DNA from: Thermofilum pendens Hrk 5
GTDB taxonomy: Archaea; Thermoproteota; Thermoprotei; Thermofilales; Thermofilaceae
Reading direction: 5' to 3'
Length of the DNA: 32,000 bases
Assembly: GCF_000015225.1 (NCBI RefSeq)
Contig: NC_008698.1
Coordinates: 540,001 to 572,000 of the forward strand
Shown: piece by piece, positions 1-7,919 of the stretch
Layout: every line of letters starts with the position of its first letter
How positions within the stretch are numbered: the first letter of the stretch is position 1
Notes under the pieces: model-generated
Told to the model about the DNA's origin: nothing
Databases searched by the model: none
What the model saw: only the letters and a program-made list of their open reading frames with translations
Translations under genes and position numbers: made by a program

Positions 1-588
1 TCCTATTGTACTCTCGTTGTCGAAGCCGAAGACGGCTCGCGCTGTTGAGAAGTTTATGTGCCGAGCTACGAGGACTGCGGGTTTGTAGAGTTTTGATATG
101 TACTCGGTATCTCTGAATATGAATGTTTTATTCTCGTCGAAGCCGAGAGCAATTATGTTTAGGATGTCTTGCACCGCGTATTTTTCGATTTCTTCGAGGG
201 TTTCGACTTTCTTTGCGAGGAACTTTTCCTCGTCGGGTATTTGTATGTAGACGTTTGCCCCGAATTTCTCTTGGAACCATCTAGTGGCTATGAAGGGTAC
301 TATGTGGGCGATGTGCATAGGGGAGTTGCTGGGCGCTCTACCCGTGTAGAGGAAAAACCCTCTCCCCTCTTCGTAGTCGTTGAGCACGAGGTTTAGGTCT
401 CTGTGCGCGAAGAAGAAGTTTCTCCTGAGTAGAGGGTGAAGTCCGCCGGCAATCCTCTCTATTCTGCTTAGAAGTTCTTCTCCAAGCTTTTCTACGCCGA
501 ATTCCTGGATCAACTTGTCGTAGTCTATCTTGCCTTTTGCCTCCCAAGGTGTGACGCTGAAATCTCCTTCTCTAAAGCCTTCGCTCAT
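1..588 (-). CDS. trpS: Tryptophanyl-tRNA synthetase, N-terminal 196 codons (gene continues past the left window edge)
   Basis: Absent from the ORF track because it has no stop in the window. Reverse-strand translation from ATG (588-586) stays open to base 1: MSEGFREGDFSVTPWEAKGKIDYDKLIQEFGVEKL...RRNFFFAHRDLNLVL...FFLYTGRAPSNSPMHIAHIVPFIATRWFQEKFGANVYIQIPDEEKF. These are archaeal/eukaryal-type TrpRS N-terminal signatures (TPW, DYDKLI-FG, YTGRxPS, HIGH-like MHIAH, DEEKF). Confidence 0.85.
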   Translation of the reverse strand, partial: MSEGFREGDFSVTPWEAKGKIDYDKLIQEFGVEKLGEELLSRIERIAGGLHPLLRRNFFFAHRDLNLVLNDYEEGRGFFLYTGRAPSNSPMHIAHIVPFIATRWFQEKFGANVYIQIPDEEKFLAKKVETLEEIEKYAVQDILNIIALGFDENKTFIFRDTEYISKLYKPAVLVARHINFSTARAVFGFDNESTIG

Positions 589-845
589 ACCCCTTAATGA
601 TCTTTTCAGGGGTAAAATGCTTGTCGCAACGTCCCCCTGCGCCCCCTCTTCTTCTCCCCTTTCGGGGATTGCTCAGTCATCGGGGACGCGAAAATCTCCT
701 GGATTTTCGGGGATAAAAAATCTAGCGTCCACCCGGAGCTCCTCACGCATATCTCAACACATTGCTGCAGTTTTCTCATTGGAGATGCTTGGTGCACGTC
801 GGTGTACGCGTATACGACGTAATTAATAGGGCTATTTCAGAAACC

Positions 846-855
846 TTTTTTAATT
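846..855 (+). promoter_or_regulatory. TATA-like box for ppsA
   Basis: TTTTTTAATT ends 29 nt upstream of the ATG at 884. There is no Shine-Dalgarno sequence, consistent with a leaderless or short-leader archaeal mRNA. Confidence 0.5.
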
Positions 856-883
856 GCGCAAGCTTCTTCCACACGACACGGGT

Positions 884-3358
884 ATGAGTGATAAAAGCAC
901 TAAGATAGTTTTGTGGTTCGAGGAGCTGAGAAAGGAGGACGTGCCGATAGTGGGAGGAAAGAACGCGAACCTGGGAGAGATGCTCAATGCGGGCATACCG
1001 GTTCCTCCTGGCTTCGCCGTTACCGCATATGCCTATAAGAGGTTCATAGAGGAGACGGGTATACGGGATAAGATCTACGAGATAATAAGGACTAGGGTTG
1101 GCAAGGGAGCGGCGAAACCGGAGGACTACATGGAGGCTAGCAAGGAGATTCGCGCCTTGATCGAAAGTGTACCGATGCCGAAGGATATAGAGGAGGAGAT
1201 CCGCAGAGCGTACAGGGAGCTGTGTAGGAGGGTCGGCAAAAAAGAGGAGTTTGTTGCGGTGAGGAGTAGCGCTACCGCTGAGGACCTTCCGGACGCCAGC
1301 TTTGCGGGCCAGCAGGAGACTTACCTCAACGTGAAAGGCGAGGACGAGGTGATAGAGAAGGTTAGGAAGTGCTGGTCCAGCCTCTTCACGCCGAGGGCTA
1401 TATTCTACAGGGAGAGCAAGGGCTTTGCCCATGAGAAGGTGCTTATAAGCGTAGCTGTGCAGAAGATGGTTAACTCCCGCACGGCAGGTGTAATGTTTAC
1501 TTTGCACCCGGTCACGGGCGATAGGGATAAAATCGTCATAGAGGGACACTGGGGGCTCGGGGAAGCCGTTGTCAGCGGCAAGGTTACGCCGGATGAGTGG
1601 ATAGTCGACAAGAAGACCATGAAGATAATTGCCAGGAATATTGTGGAGAAGCGTGTAGAGCTTGTAAGAGACCCCGTCACCGGGCGCACCGTTGAGCGCG
1701 AGATAGAGCCGGAGAGGAGGAACGCGCCATCCCTAACGGACGAGGAGGTTTTAAGGCTTGCAGAGCTCGCCGTGAAGATCGAGAACCACTACGGAAGGCC
1801 GATGGACATTGAATGGGCCGTCGATAGGGACCTTAAGTTCCCAGAAAGCGTGTTCATAGTTCAGGCACGTCCCGAGACTGTGTGGAGCAGGAAGGAGGCG
1901 CAGCCAACCGGGGAGTCTGTAAAGAGCGTTGCGGAGGCTAAGGCTGTGCTTAAAGGTCTCCCGGCTAGCCCCGGCGTGGCTTACGGAAAGGCGAAGATTT
2001 GTCTCTCGCTTGAAGACGCTCAAAGGAAGATGCAGCCGGGCGATATCCTGGTAACTACAATGACGGACCCGGACTGGGTTCCATACATGAAGATGGCTGC
2101 TGCAATAGTTACCGATGAGGGAGGCATGACGGCGCACGCGGCGATTGTCGGCAGAGAGCTTGGAATACCGGTGATCGTAGGTACCCGCGAGGCGACGAAG
2201 GTCCTGGTCGACGGGAAGGACTACACTGTTGACGCGCGGGCAGGCATAGTGTACGAAGGCAGGGTCGAGGAGCTACTCGGAGCCAAGAAGGAGGAGAAAG
2301 CTGTCGCCGCGGCTCCCATCGAGATAGTGTGGAAGCCCATAACGGCTACGAAGATCTACATGAACCTGGGTGTTCCCGAGAAGATTAAGGACTACAAGGA
2401 TCTCCCGTTCGACGGCATAGGCCTGATGCGCGTAGAGTTCATCATGGCCAGCTACGTTGGGGAGCACCCGCTCTACCTGCTCGAGAGCGGTAGGGGAGAC
2501 GTCCTGGTAAACAAGATGGCTGAGGGAATAGCCCTCGTTGCCCGCGAGATATACCCGAGGCCCGTTGTCGTGAGGTTCAGCGACTTTAAGACGAACGAGT
2601 ACCGCCAGCTCAAGGGAGGGGAGAAGTACGAGCCACAGGAGGACAACCCGATGCTGGGCTGGCGCGGCGTTAGCAGGTACATCAGCCCGCAGTACGAGAA
2701 GGCTTTCCGGCTGGAGGTTAAAGCCATAAAGAAGGTCCGGGAAGAGATGGGACTAGGCAACGTCTGGGTCATGGCTCCCTTCGTCAGGACTCTGTGGGAG
2801 GCTGAGAAGTTCGTGAAGCTACTGGCAGAGGAGGGCTTGGAGAGTAGCAGGGACTTCAAGGTGTGGGCAATGGCGGAGGTGCCGAGTATAATATTCCTGG
2901 CGGAGGAGTTTTCGAGGTACTTCGACGGCTTCTCGATAGGAAGCAACGACCTGACCCAGCTCACGCTGGGAACTGACAGGGACAGCGCGATACTTCCGAA
3001 GATTGATCCAAGGTATTTCGACGAAAGAGACCCCGCCGTGAGGACTGCGATAGCCATGCTGATAGAGAAGGCGCACAAGTCCCCCTATGGCTACAGGACA
3101 GTCTCTATATGCGGCCAGGCACCGAGCGTCTACCCGGACTTCACAGAGTTTCTCGTAAGGCAGGGCATCGACAGCATTAGCGTAAACCCGGACGTAGTAG
3201 CGAAAACGCGCGAATTAGTCGCGTCGATAGAGCGCAGAGTGATCCTGGAGAGGAGCCTAGGGATAGAGAGGTACGACGAGGATCTAGGCTGGCCTATGAG
3301 GCGAACAAGGAAAGGGCTTAGGAACATCTGGGCACGCAAGGTCGACGAAGAATTCTAG
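884..3358 (+). CDS. ppsA: Phosphoenolpyruvate synthase (pyruvate, water dikinase)
   Basis: The ORF track entry 854..3358 begins at a TTG. I prefer ATG 884 (MSDKSTKIVLWFEELRKEDVPIVGGKNANLGEM), a typical PpsA N-terminus. The phosphohistidine swivel motif GGMTAHAAIVGRELGIP and the C-terminal PEP-utilising domain motif GSNDLTQ are present. Confidence 0.95.
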   Translation: MSDKSTKIVLWFEELRKEDVPIVGGKNANLGEMLNAGIPVPPGFAVTAYAYKRFIEETGIRDKIYEIIRTRVGKGAAKPEDYMEASKEIRALIESVPMPKDIEEEIRRAYRELCRRVGKKEEFVAVRSSATAEDLPDASFAGQQETYLNVKGEDEVIEKVRKCWSSLFTPRAIFYRESKGFAHEKVLISVAVQKMVNSRTAGVMFTLHPVTGDRDKIVIEGHWGLGEAVVSGKVTPDEWIVDKKTMKIIARNIVEKRVELVRDPVTGRTVEREIEPERRNAPSLTDEEVLRLAELAVKIENHYGRPMDIEWAVDRDLKFPESVFIVQARPETVWSRKEAQPTGESVKSVAEAKAVLKGLPASPGVAYGKAKICLSLEDAQRKMQPGDILVTTMTDPDWVPYMKMAAAIVTDEGGMTAHAAIVGRELGIPVIVGTREATKVLVDGKDYTVDARAGIVYEGRVEELLGAKKEEKAVAAAPIEIVWKPITATKIYMNLGVPEKIKDYKDLPFDGIGLMRVEFIMASYVGEHPLYLLESGRGDVLVNKMAEGIALVAREIYPRPVVVRFSDFKTNEYRQLKGGEKYEPQEDNPMLGWRGVSRYISPQYEKAFRLEVKAIKKVREEMGLGNVWVMAPFVRTLWEAEKFVKLLAEEGLESSRDFKVWAMAEVPSIIFLAEEFSRYFDGFSIGSNDLTQLTLGTDRDSAILPKIDPRYFDERDPAVRTAIAMLIEKAHKSPYGYRTVSICGQAPSVYPDFTEFLVRQGIDSISVNPDVVAKTRELVASIERRVILERSLGIERYDEDLGWPMRRTRKGLRNIWARKVDEEF

Positions 3359-3385
3359 GAACAGGCAGTCCGATAGTCTTATCCA

Positions 3386-3399
3386 TTTTTCACATTTTT
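3386..3399 (+). terminator. Oligo-T terminator candidate after ppsA
   Basis: Two T5 runs (TTTTTCACATTTTT) lie 28-41 nt after the ppsA stop, in the 42-nt gap between convergent genes. Confidence 0.45.
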
Positions 3400-3400
3400 C

Positions 3401-3949
3401 TTACTCTGCGAATTCCTGAGAATAGCGAGCAACGATGTTTCGGAATTCTTTTTGAACGCATACACAATTGATCTCGGCGCTTCGGGCTATTTCCCTCAGC
3501 TTTAAGCAGGCTCTTTCTGCTGCCGCTACGACTCTGCTCGACATTTTTCTAGCGAAATCCGTGTGCTCGGAAACTACTCCTACAACGTAGGCTTCTCCTC
3601 GGAAAAACCCGGAGGAGTAGCCGAGCAAAACTATGTGTGCTGGAGTGACCTGGTGCGCGGAAGTCTCGAAGGAAATCGCCGTAGCGACCTCCTCGGGGCT
3701 CAATGTTCTGGGGTCTATTCTGAGCACTACGACATCGCCGGGTTCTCCGAACGATTTATCGACTACGTCGATGAATATTAGCAGGTCTACTCCTTCGAGG
3801 TGAGATACCGCTGTGAACACGTCTAACTCTGAGTTTAAGGCTGGAACACCACACTGTTCGAGCGCTTCTGCGAAGAGTGGTCCAAATGCGTCGTCCCCGT
3901 ACATCCTGTTACCGACTCCCATTATTAGGATCCTCGGAGATGCATTCAT
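3401..3949 (-). CDS. [NiFe] hydrogenase maturation endopeptidase (HybD/HycI/HoxM family)
   Basis: The N-terminus is PRILIMGVGNRMYGDDAFG (GxGN-x4-DD-xxG). LIFIDVVD and ETSAHQV are equivalents of the HybD Glu/Asp/His metal ligands. GGAGG lies 7 nt upstream of ATG 3949. The gene is adjacent to a hydrogenase large subunit that carries a cleavable C-terminal extension. Confidence 0.85.
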   Translation of the reverse strand: MNASPRILIMGVGNRMYGDDAFGPLFAEALEQCGVPALNSELDVFTAVSHLEGVDLLIFIDVVDKSFGEPGDVVVLRIDPRTLSPEEVATAISFETSAHQVTPAHIVLLGYSSGFFRGEAYVVGVVSEHTDFARKMSSRVVAAAERACLKLREIARSAEINCVCVQKEFRNIVARYSQEFAE

Positions 3950-4607
3950 GTGAAACCTCCCCTATGACCGCATCGATGAGAGATTTCTCGCAAGTGTCTG
4001 GCTCATTTTCAGCGGGCTCACACTCGTAGACATGTATGGTGGTTCCTGGGAGAAACACGGAGAGTCCCCTCAGCAAGTCGTCTATATCCAGCGAGCCCTC
4101 CAGGCTGGGGCGTATGGCTTCTACAGCCTCCCATTCTCTGGGTTTGCGTAGCACGAGCGAGTAAGCGTAGAGTGCTGGTTTTCTACCGCGTTTTTTCGCC
4201 GTGAATACTACTATTTTGTCGGCTTTCCACTTCGCTATCGCGTCGCTGACTGTAAGAGCGTCCGCTGAGAAATCCTCTACCACCACGTTGCTGCACTTCA
4301 CGTGAGAAGACGCGTAGCGGTACACCCCGTAGACTGCCTCACCGATTGGTCCAGCATAGTAGAGGAAACCGAGAAGCACTCTCGGTTTTTTCTCCGCTAG
4401 GAGCGCGCGCACGAAATCCCCGTGGCCCGCCTCCTCGAGTTTTCTCGCTATTTCGTCGATGCTTTCCTCCTCCTTTTTAGGAAGAGTGAAAACGATTCTT
4501 GTTAGAGGGTTCTCGGGCTTCGGCAGTAGATCGTCCCAGAACTTCTTCCAAAATGCATATGCTCTTGCAAGTCGTCTTAACCACTCTCTCTCGAAATTGC
4601 CGTACAT
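3909..4607 (-). CDS. Hypothetical protein; about 75-aa helical N-terminal region followed by a degenerate hydrogenase-endopeptidase-like domain (by-eye similarity only)
   Basis: 232-aa ORF. A TATA-like TTTAAAT (rc of 4637-4643) lies 29 nt upstream of ATG 4607. The 3' end overlaps the protease gene by 41 nt and contains the protease SD. Segments PRVLLGFLYYAGPIGEAVYG / KIVVFTAKK / GSLDIDDLLRGL / TTIHVYECEPAE line up with PRILIMGVGNRMYGDDAFG / LLIFIDVVD / TSAHQVTPAHIV / AYVVGVVSEH of the neighbouring protease. Confidence 0.6.
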   Translation of the reverse strand: MYGNFEREWLRRLARAYAFWKKFWDDLLPKPENPLTRIVFTLPKKEEESIDEIARKLEEAGHGDFVRALLAEKKPRVLLGFLYYAGPIGEAVYGVYRYASSHVKCSNVVVEDFSADALTVSDAIAKWKADKIVVFTAKKRGRKPALYAYSLVLRKPREWEAVEAIRPSLEGSLDIDDLLRGLSVFLPGTTIHVYECEPAENEPDTCEKSLIDAVIGEVSHECISEDPNNGSR

Positions 4608-4851
4608 CCATTCTCAGATTTACCCTCATGCTCGGGATTTAAACCTAGTCTGGAACGCTAGCTATTGCTATATATAAAGACTTTTTCATGTAATTTCTTT
4701 TTGATTTTTTATTATTAAACAGGTATTTTTCTGATAAAAGAAAAATATGCTTTTTCTTTTTTTAGCGATTTTGCTACAGAGCTACAGTAAAATAATAGGC
4801 TAAGCATTTATTAGTGTTAGTGATTATTAAGATTTGACAGCGTGAAAGCCT
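4608..4851. promoter_or_regulatory. Strongly A/T-rich divergent control region between the endopeptidase operon and the hydrogenase structural operon
   Basis: A 244-bp gap with long T/A runs (TTTTTGATTTTTTATTATTAAA, CTTTTTCTTTTTTTAG) sits in an otherwise GC-rich window. TATA-like ATTATTAA (4823-4830) lies 21 nt before hynS ATG 4852. TTTAAAT on the minus strand (4637-4643) serves the divergent gene. Confidence 0.6.
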
Positions 4852-6123
4852 ATGTCATTGAAAGGCATTAGCATCTCACGCCGAGATTTCTTAAAGATGG
4901 GCGGAGTGGCAGCCCTGCTTGCATCACTGAACTGGGACGAGCTTGTCAGACTGGCGGTGGCACAGGCGCAGAGCGGTAGCATAAACATCGTCTGGTTCGA
5001 GGCCCAGGACTGCGCAGGAAACACTACGGCTTTAATACAGGCCACGGAGCCCGACCTCATAGATGTGCTTGGAGGCTCCTTCCACCTCGTGGGACCTGGA
5101 AACGTGAAGCTAGCTTTCCACGAGACAGTAATGCCTGAGTGGGGTGAGGGGGCCTTAAGCATAGCGCGCGCAGCTGCTCAGGGAAAGCTTGACCCCTTTG
5201 TTCTCGTACTCGAGGGAAGTTTTCCGCAGGACGAGAAGGCAGGAGGCCCGCCCGGAAGCGACTCCTACTGCTACATAGGGGACGAGAACGGGAAGGTAAT
5301 ATCCTGCGTAGAATGGATGCGGAGGCTCCTTCCAAGGGCTGTTGCTGTGGTTACCATGGGTAACTGCGCTTCCTACGGAGGGCTCGTCGCGAACAAGGTC
5401 TTGGAGAGGGTACCGGGTCTACCTTCTTCCAGCTGGTCTGATAGCCCGACGGGCGCTGTAGGATTCTTCGACGACCCCATTAGGGGTATCAAGGGCCTTG
5501 TAAGCACGTTGCCGGAAGCCGAACCTTTCAGAAGGTTTATCACAGGACAGTGCACGCTGAAGCCCGGGGAGATAAGGCCCGACTGTAGGCCGGCGATGGC
5601 CGTCCCAGGTTGCCCGGCTAACGGCAACGGACAGCTACGTGCACTAGCTGCTCTTGTTTTGTGGGCTAAGGGGTTGCTACCATTACCGGAGCTGGACAAG
5701 TACTGGCGTCCCAAGTTCATATTTGGGAACACGGTTCACGAGCAGTGTCCGAGAGCTGGTAGCTACGCTGCAGGAGACTTCAGAGCCTATCCAGGCGAGA
5801 ACTCCTACCGGTGCCTCTACGCGGTAGGGTGCAAGGGTCCGATTTCTAACTGTCCTTGGAACAAGCTAGGGTGGGTTAACGGAGTCGGAGGACCCACGAG
5901 GACGGGCGGCGTGTGTATAGGGTGTACTATGCCGGGCTTTACGGACGCTTACGAGCCGTTCTACAAGCCGTTGCAGGCGCCGCGCGTTCCCAGCGGGTTA
6001 GAAGGTGTAGCGGCTATCGCAGCGTTGCTAGCAGGGGTTGGCCTTGCTTACGGCGCGTCGAAGAGCATCGAGAAGAGGAAGGAGGAGGTTGCTAAGGAGA
6101 TTAAGGAGGTGAAGGCCGAATGA
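4852..6123 (+). CDS. hynS: [NiFe] hydrogenase small subunit, Tat-exported, with C-terminal membrane anchor
   Basis: There is a twin-arginine signal SRRDFLKMGG. Fe-S ligand motifs are GNCASYGG, PGCPANG, HEQCPRAG, CLYAVGCKGP...NCPW and CIGCTMPGF. The C-terminal hydrophobic helix GVAAIAALLAGVGLAYGA is followed by a charged tail. The stop overlaps the hynL start (ATGA). Confidence 0.93.
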   Translation: MSLKGISISRRDFLKMGGVAALLASLNWDELVRLAVAQAQSGSINIVWFEAQDCAGNTTALIQATEPDLIDVLGGSFHLVGPGNVKLAFHETVMPEWGEGALSIARAAAQGKLDPFVLVLEGSFPQDEKAGGPPGSDSYCYIGDENGKVISCVEWMRRLLPRAVAVVTMGNCASYGGLVANKVLERVPGLPSSSWSDSPTGAVGFFDDPIRGIKGLVSTLPEAEPFRRFITGQCTLKPGEIRPDCRPAMAVPGCPANGNGQLRALAALVLWAKGLLPLPELDKYWRPKFIFGNTVHEQCPRAGSYAAGDFRAYPGENSYRCLYAVGCKGPISNCPWNKLGWVNGVGGPTRTGGVCIGCTMPGFTDAYEPFYKPLQAPRVPSGLEGVAAIAALLAGVGLAYGASKSIEKRKEEVAKEIKEVKAE

Positions 6124-7910
6124 GCGTAAAGGAGGTATTCATAGACCCGATTACGAGGATAGAGGGGCACCTAGCCTTAAGGGCCCTCGTTGACACCGCG
6201 ACGAAGAAGCCTACCGATGTATGGGTATTCGCAACGATGTTCAGAGGGTTCGAGGTATTCCTGCGGGGCAGACCTCCAGAAGACGCTGTGCACATAACTT
6301 CGAGGATTTGCGGCGTCTGCGGAGCCTCCCATGCGAACGCCTCTGCACACGCCGTGGACATGGCCTATGGTGTTGCCCCTGAGCCTCTCGGAGTCGTGCT
6401 GAGGAACATGGCGTTCGCGATGACAGACGCGCTCTACGACCACCCGTTAATTCTCAACATGCTCGGCGGACCCGACTACAGCGAGCTCATAGTAAAGAAG
6501 CTGACGCCCAGTGTGTGGAGCGATGCGGAGAGAACTGATGCGCCCAACAGGGATATACACGGTTTTCCGAAGATAGCGGACATAATGAGGGCTCTTAACC
6601 CGATTGAGGGGAGACTCTGGCAGCTGACTGTGAAGTACTCGCGGATAGCCCGCGAGGCGGGAGTGCTGATATACGGTAGGCACAGCCACCCCTCGACGCT
6701 GATCCCGGGCGGCATCTCCACGGACCTTACCAACGCTGAGTACCTTCTGATAGGGTATACGTACAGGCTAACGAAGCTGACAGCTTGGGCGAAGTTCCTC
6801 TACGCCGTCTGGCAGGACATAGTATGGTTCTACGAGGAGCGTCACGGCTACAAAGAGCAGGGACTGACTTACAGGAGGCACAACATGGTTAGCGGAGGGC
6901 TTTTCGACGACCCCGAAGCCTACTCGGCGCTTAACGGCTCTCCGGAGGACTTCTACAAGAATGTAGACTCTGCCATGAGCAAGAGGACGATCAAGCCCGG
7001 AGCCTTTGTTAACGGCGAGCTGGTAACTAAGAGCTACAAGGAGATAAACCTGAGTATCATGGAGCACGTGGAGAGAAGCCTGTACGAAGACTGGAAAGGG
7101 AAACTGCCTATATACACGGAAAAGGACCCCGAGGGCAACCCGTTGCTCTGGGGCAAGTACGACGTAGCCTACCACCCGTGGAACAAGACAACAATACCCA
7201 AGCCCGGTGCACCGGACTGGAACGGGAAGTACAACTGGGCTACCCACGTCCGCTTCGTGTGGAAGGATGGAACAATAACGCCGTTCGAGGTTGGACCTAT
7301 AGCTAGGCTAACTGTCACCGCGTACCAGCCGAGCGACTTCGGCTCCGGAAACGGGATACTAAGGGTAGACCTGCCCAGGAGCGGCGGCGCCGACGACCTC
7401 CCACCCTCCGTAGTCGAGGAGATGACCCTCGAGTGGAGGGCACCGCCCCACTCTACGACGTTGCAGAGAGTCCTAGCGAGAGCGTTCAACGTAGTAGCGG
7501 ACGTGGCGGCGGCGTGGAGTAACGTCGTCAAGGCTGTGGAGCTTGTGAGGAGCGGCAGGACGAAGACTTCCAACCCGTGGAACCCGCCGCCCCGGAGAAC
7601 GTTCGGCGTGGGCTTTACGGAGGCGCCCAGGGGAACTGTGCGCCACTGGGTGGTACAGGAGGGCGGCAGAATAGTTAACTACCAGATACACGCTCCCACG
7701 ACCGGCAATGTCAGCCCGAAGGACAAGTGGGGCATGTCGCCCTTCGAGCAGAGCGTAGCTAACAGCGTAGTGACGGAAGAGGTTCCGCCAGACAGCTGGG
7801 AGGGCCTCGACTTCGTACGCGCTATCAGGAGCTTTGACCCTTGCATTGCGTGCGCGGTTCACATACAGGTCGGAAACGGGAGAGTAATCAAGAAGATGAT
7901 ACTGAGGTGA
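6120..7910 (+). CDS. hynL: [NiFe] hydrogenase large subunit
   Basis: N-terminal motifs are RIEGH and RICGVCGASH. The C-terminal motif DPCIACAVH is followed by a 15-aa extension (IQVGNGRVIKKMILR), the expected endopeptidase substrate. AAGGAGGTG lies 11 nt upstream of the ATG. Confidence 0.95.
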   Translation: MSVKEVFIDPITRIEGHLALRALVDTATKKPTDVWVFATMFRGFEVFLRGRPPEDAVHITSRICGVCGASHANASAHAVDMAYGVAPEPLGVVLRNMAFAMTDALYDHPLILNMLGGPDYSELIVKKLTPSVWSDAERTDAPNRDIHGFPKIADIMRALNPIEGRLWQLTVKYSRIAREAGVLIYGRHSHPSTLIPGGISTDLTNAEYLLIGYTYRLTKLTAWAKFLYAVWQDIVWFYEERHGYKEQGLTYRRHNMVSGGLFDDPEAYSALNGSPEDFYKNVDSAMSKRTIKPGAFVNGELVTKSYKEINLSIMEHVERSLYEDWKGKLPIYTEKDPEGNPLLWGKYDVAYHPWNKTTIPKPGAPDWNGKYNWATHVRFVWKDGTITPFEVGPIARLTVTAYQPSDFGSGNGILRVDLPRSGGADDLPPSVVEEMTLEWRAPPHSTTLQRVLARAFNVVADVAAAWSNVVKAVELVRSGRTKTSNPWNPPPRRTFGVGFTEAPRGTVRHWVVQEGGRIVNYQIHAPTTGNVSPKDKWGMSPFEQSVANSVVTEEVPPDSWEGLDFVRAIRSFDPCIACAVHIQVGNGRVIKKMILR

Positions 7911-7919
7911 AGCCCTAGA

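Noticed and set aside
776-1549. 257-aa minus-strand ORF, with similar track ORFs at 1405-1689, 1751-2137, 2473-3078 and 3130-3339
   Set aside because: All lie antisense to the very well supported ppsA gene. Their translations are Leu/Ser/Arg/Pro-rich with no motifs, which is typical of shadow ORFs in GC-rich DNA.
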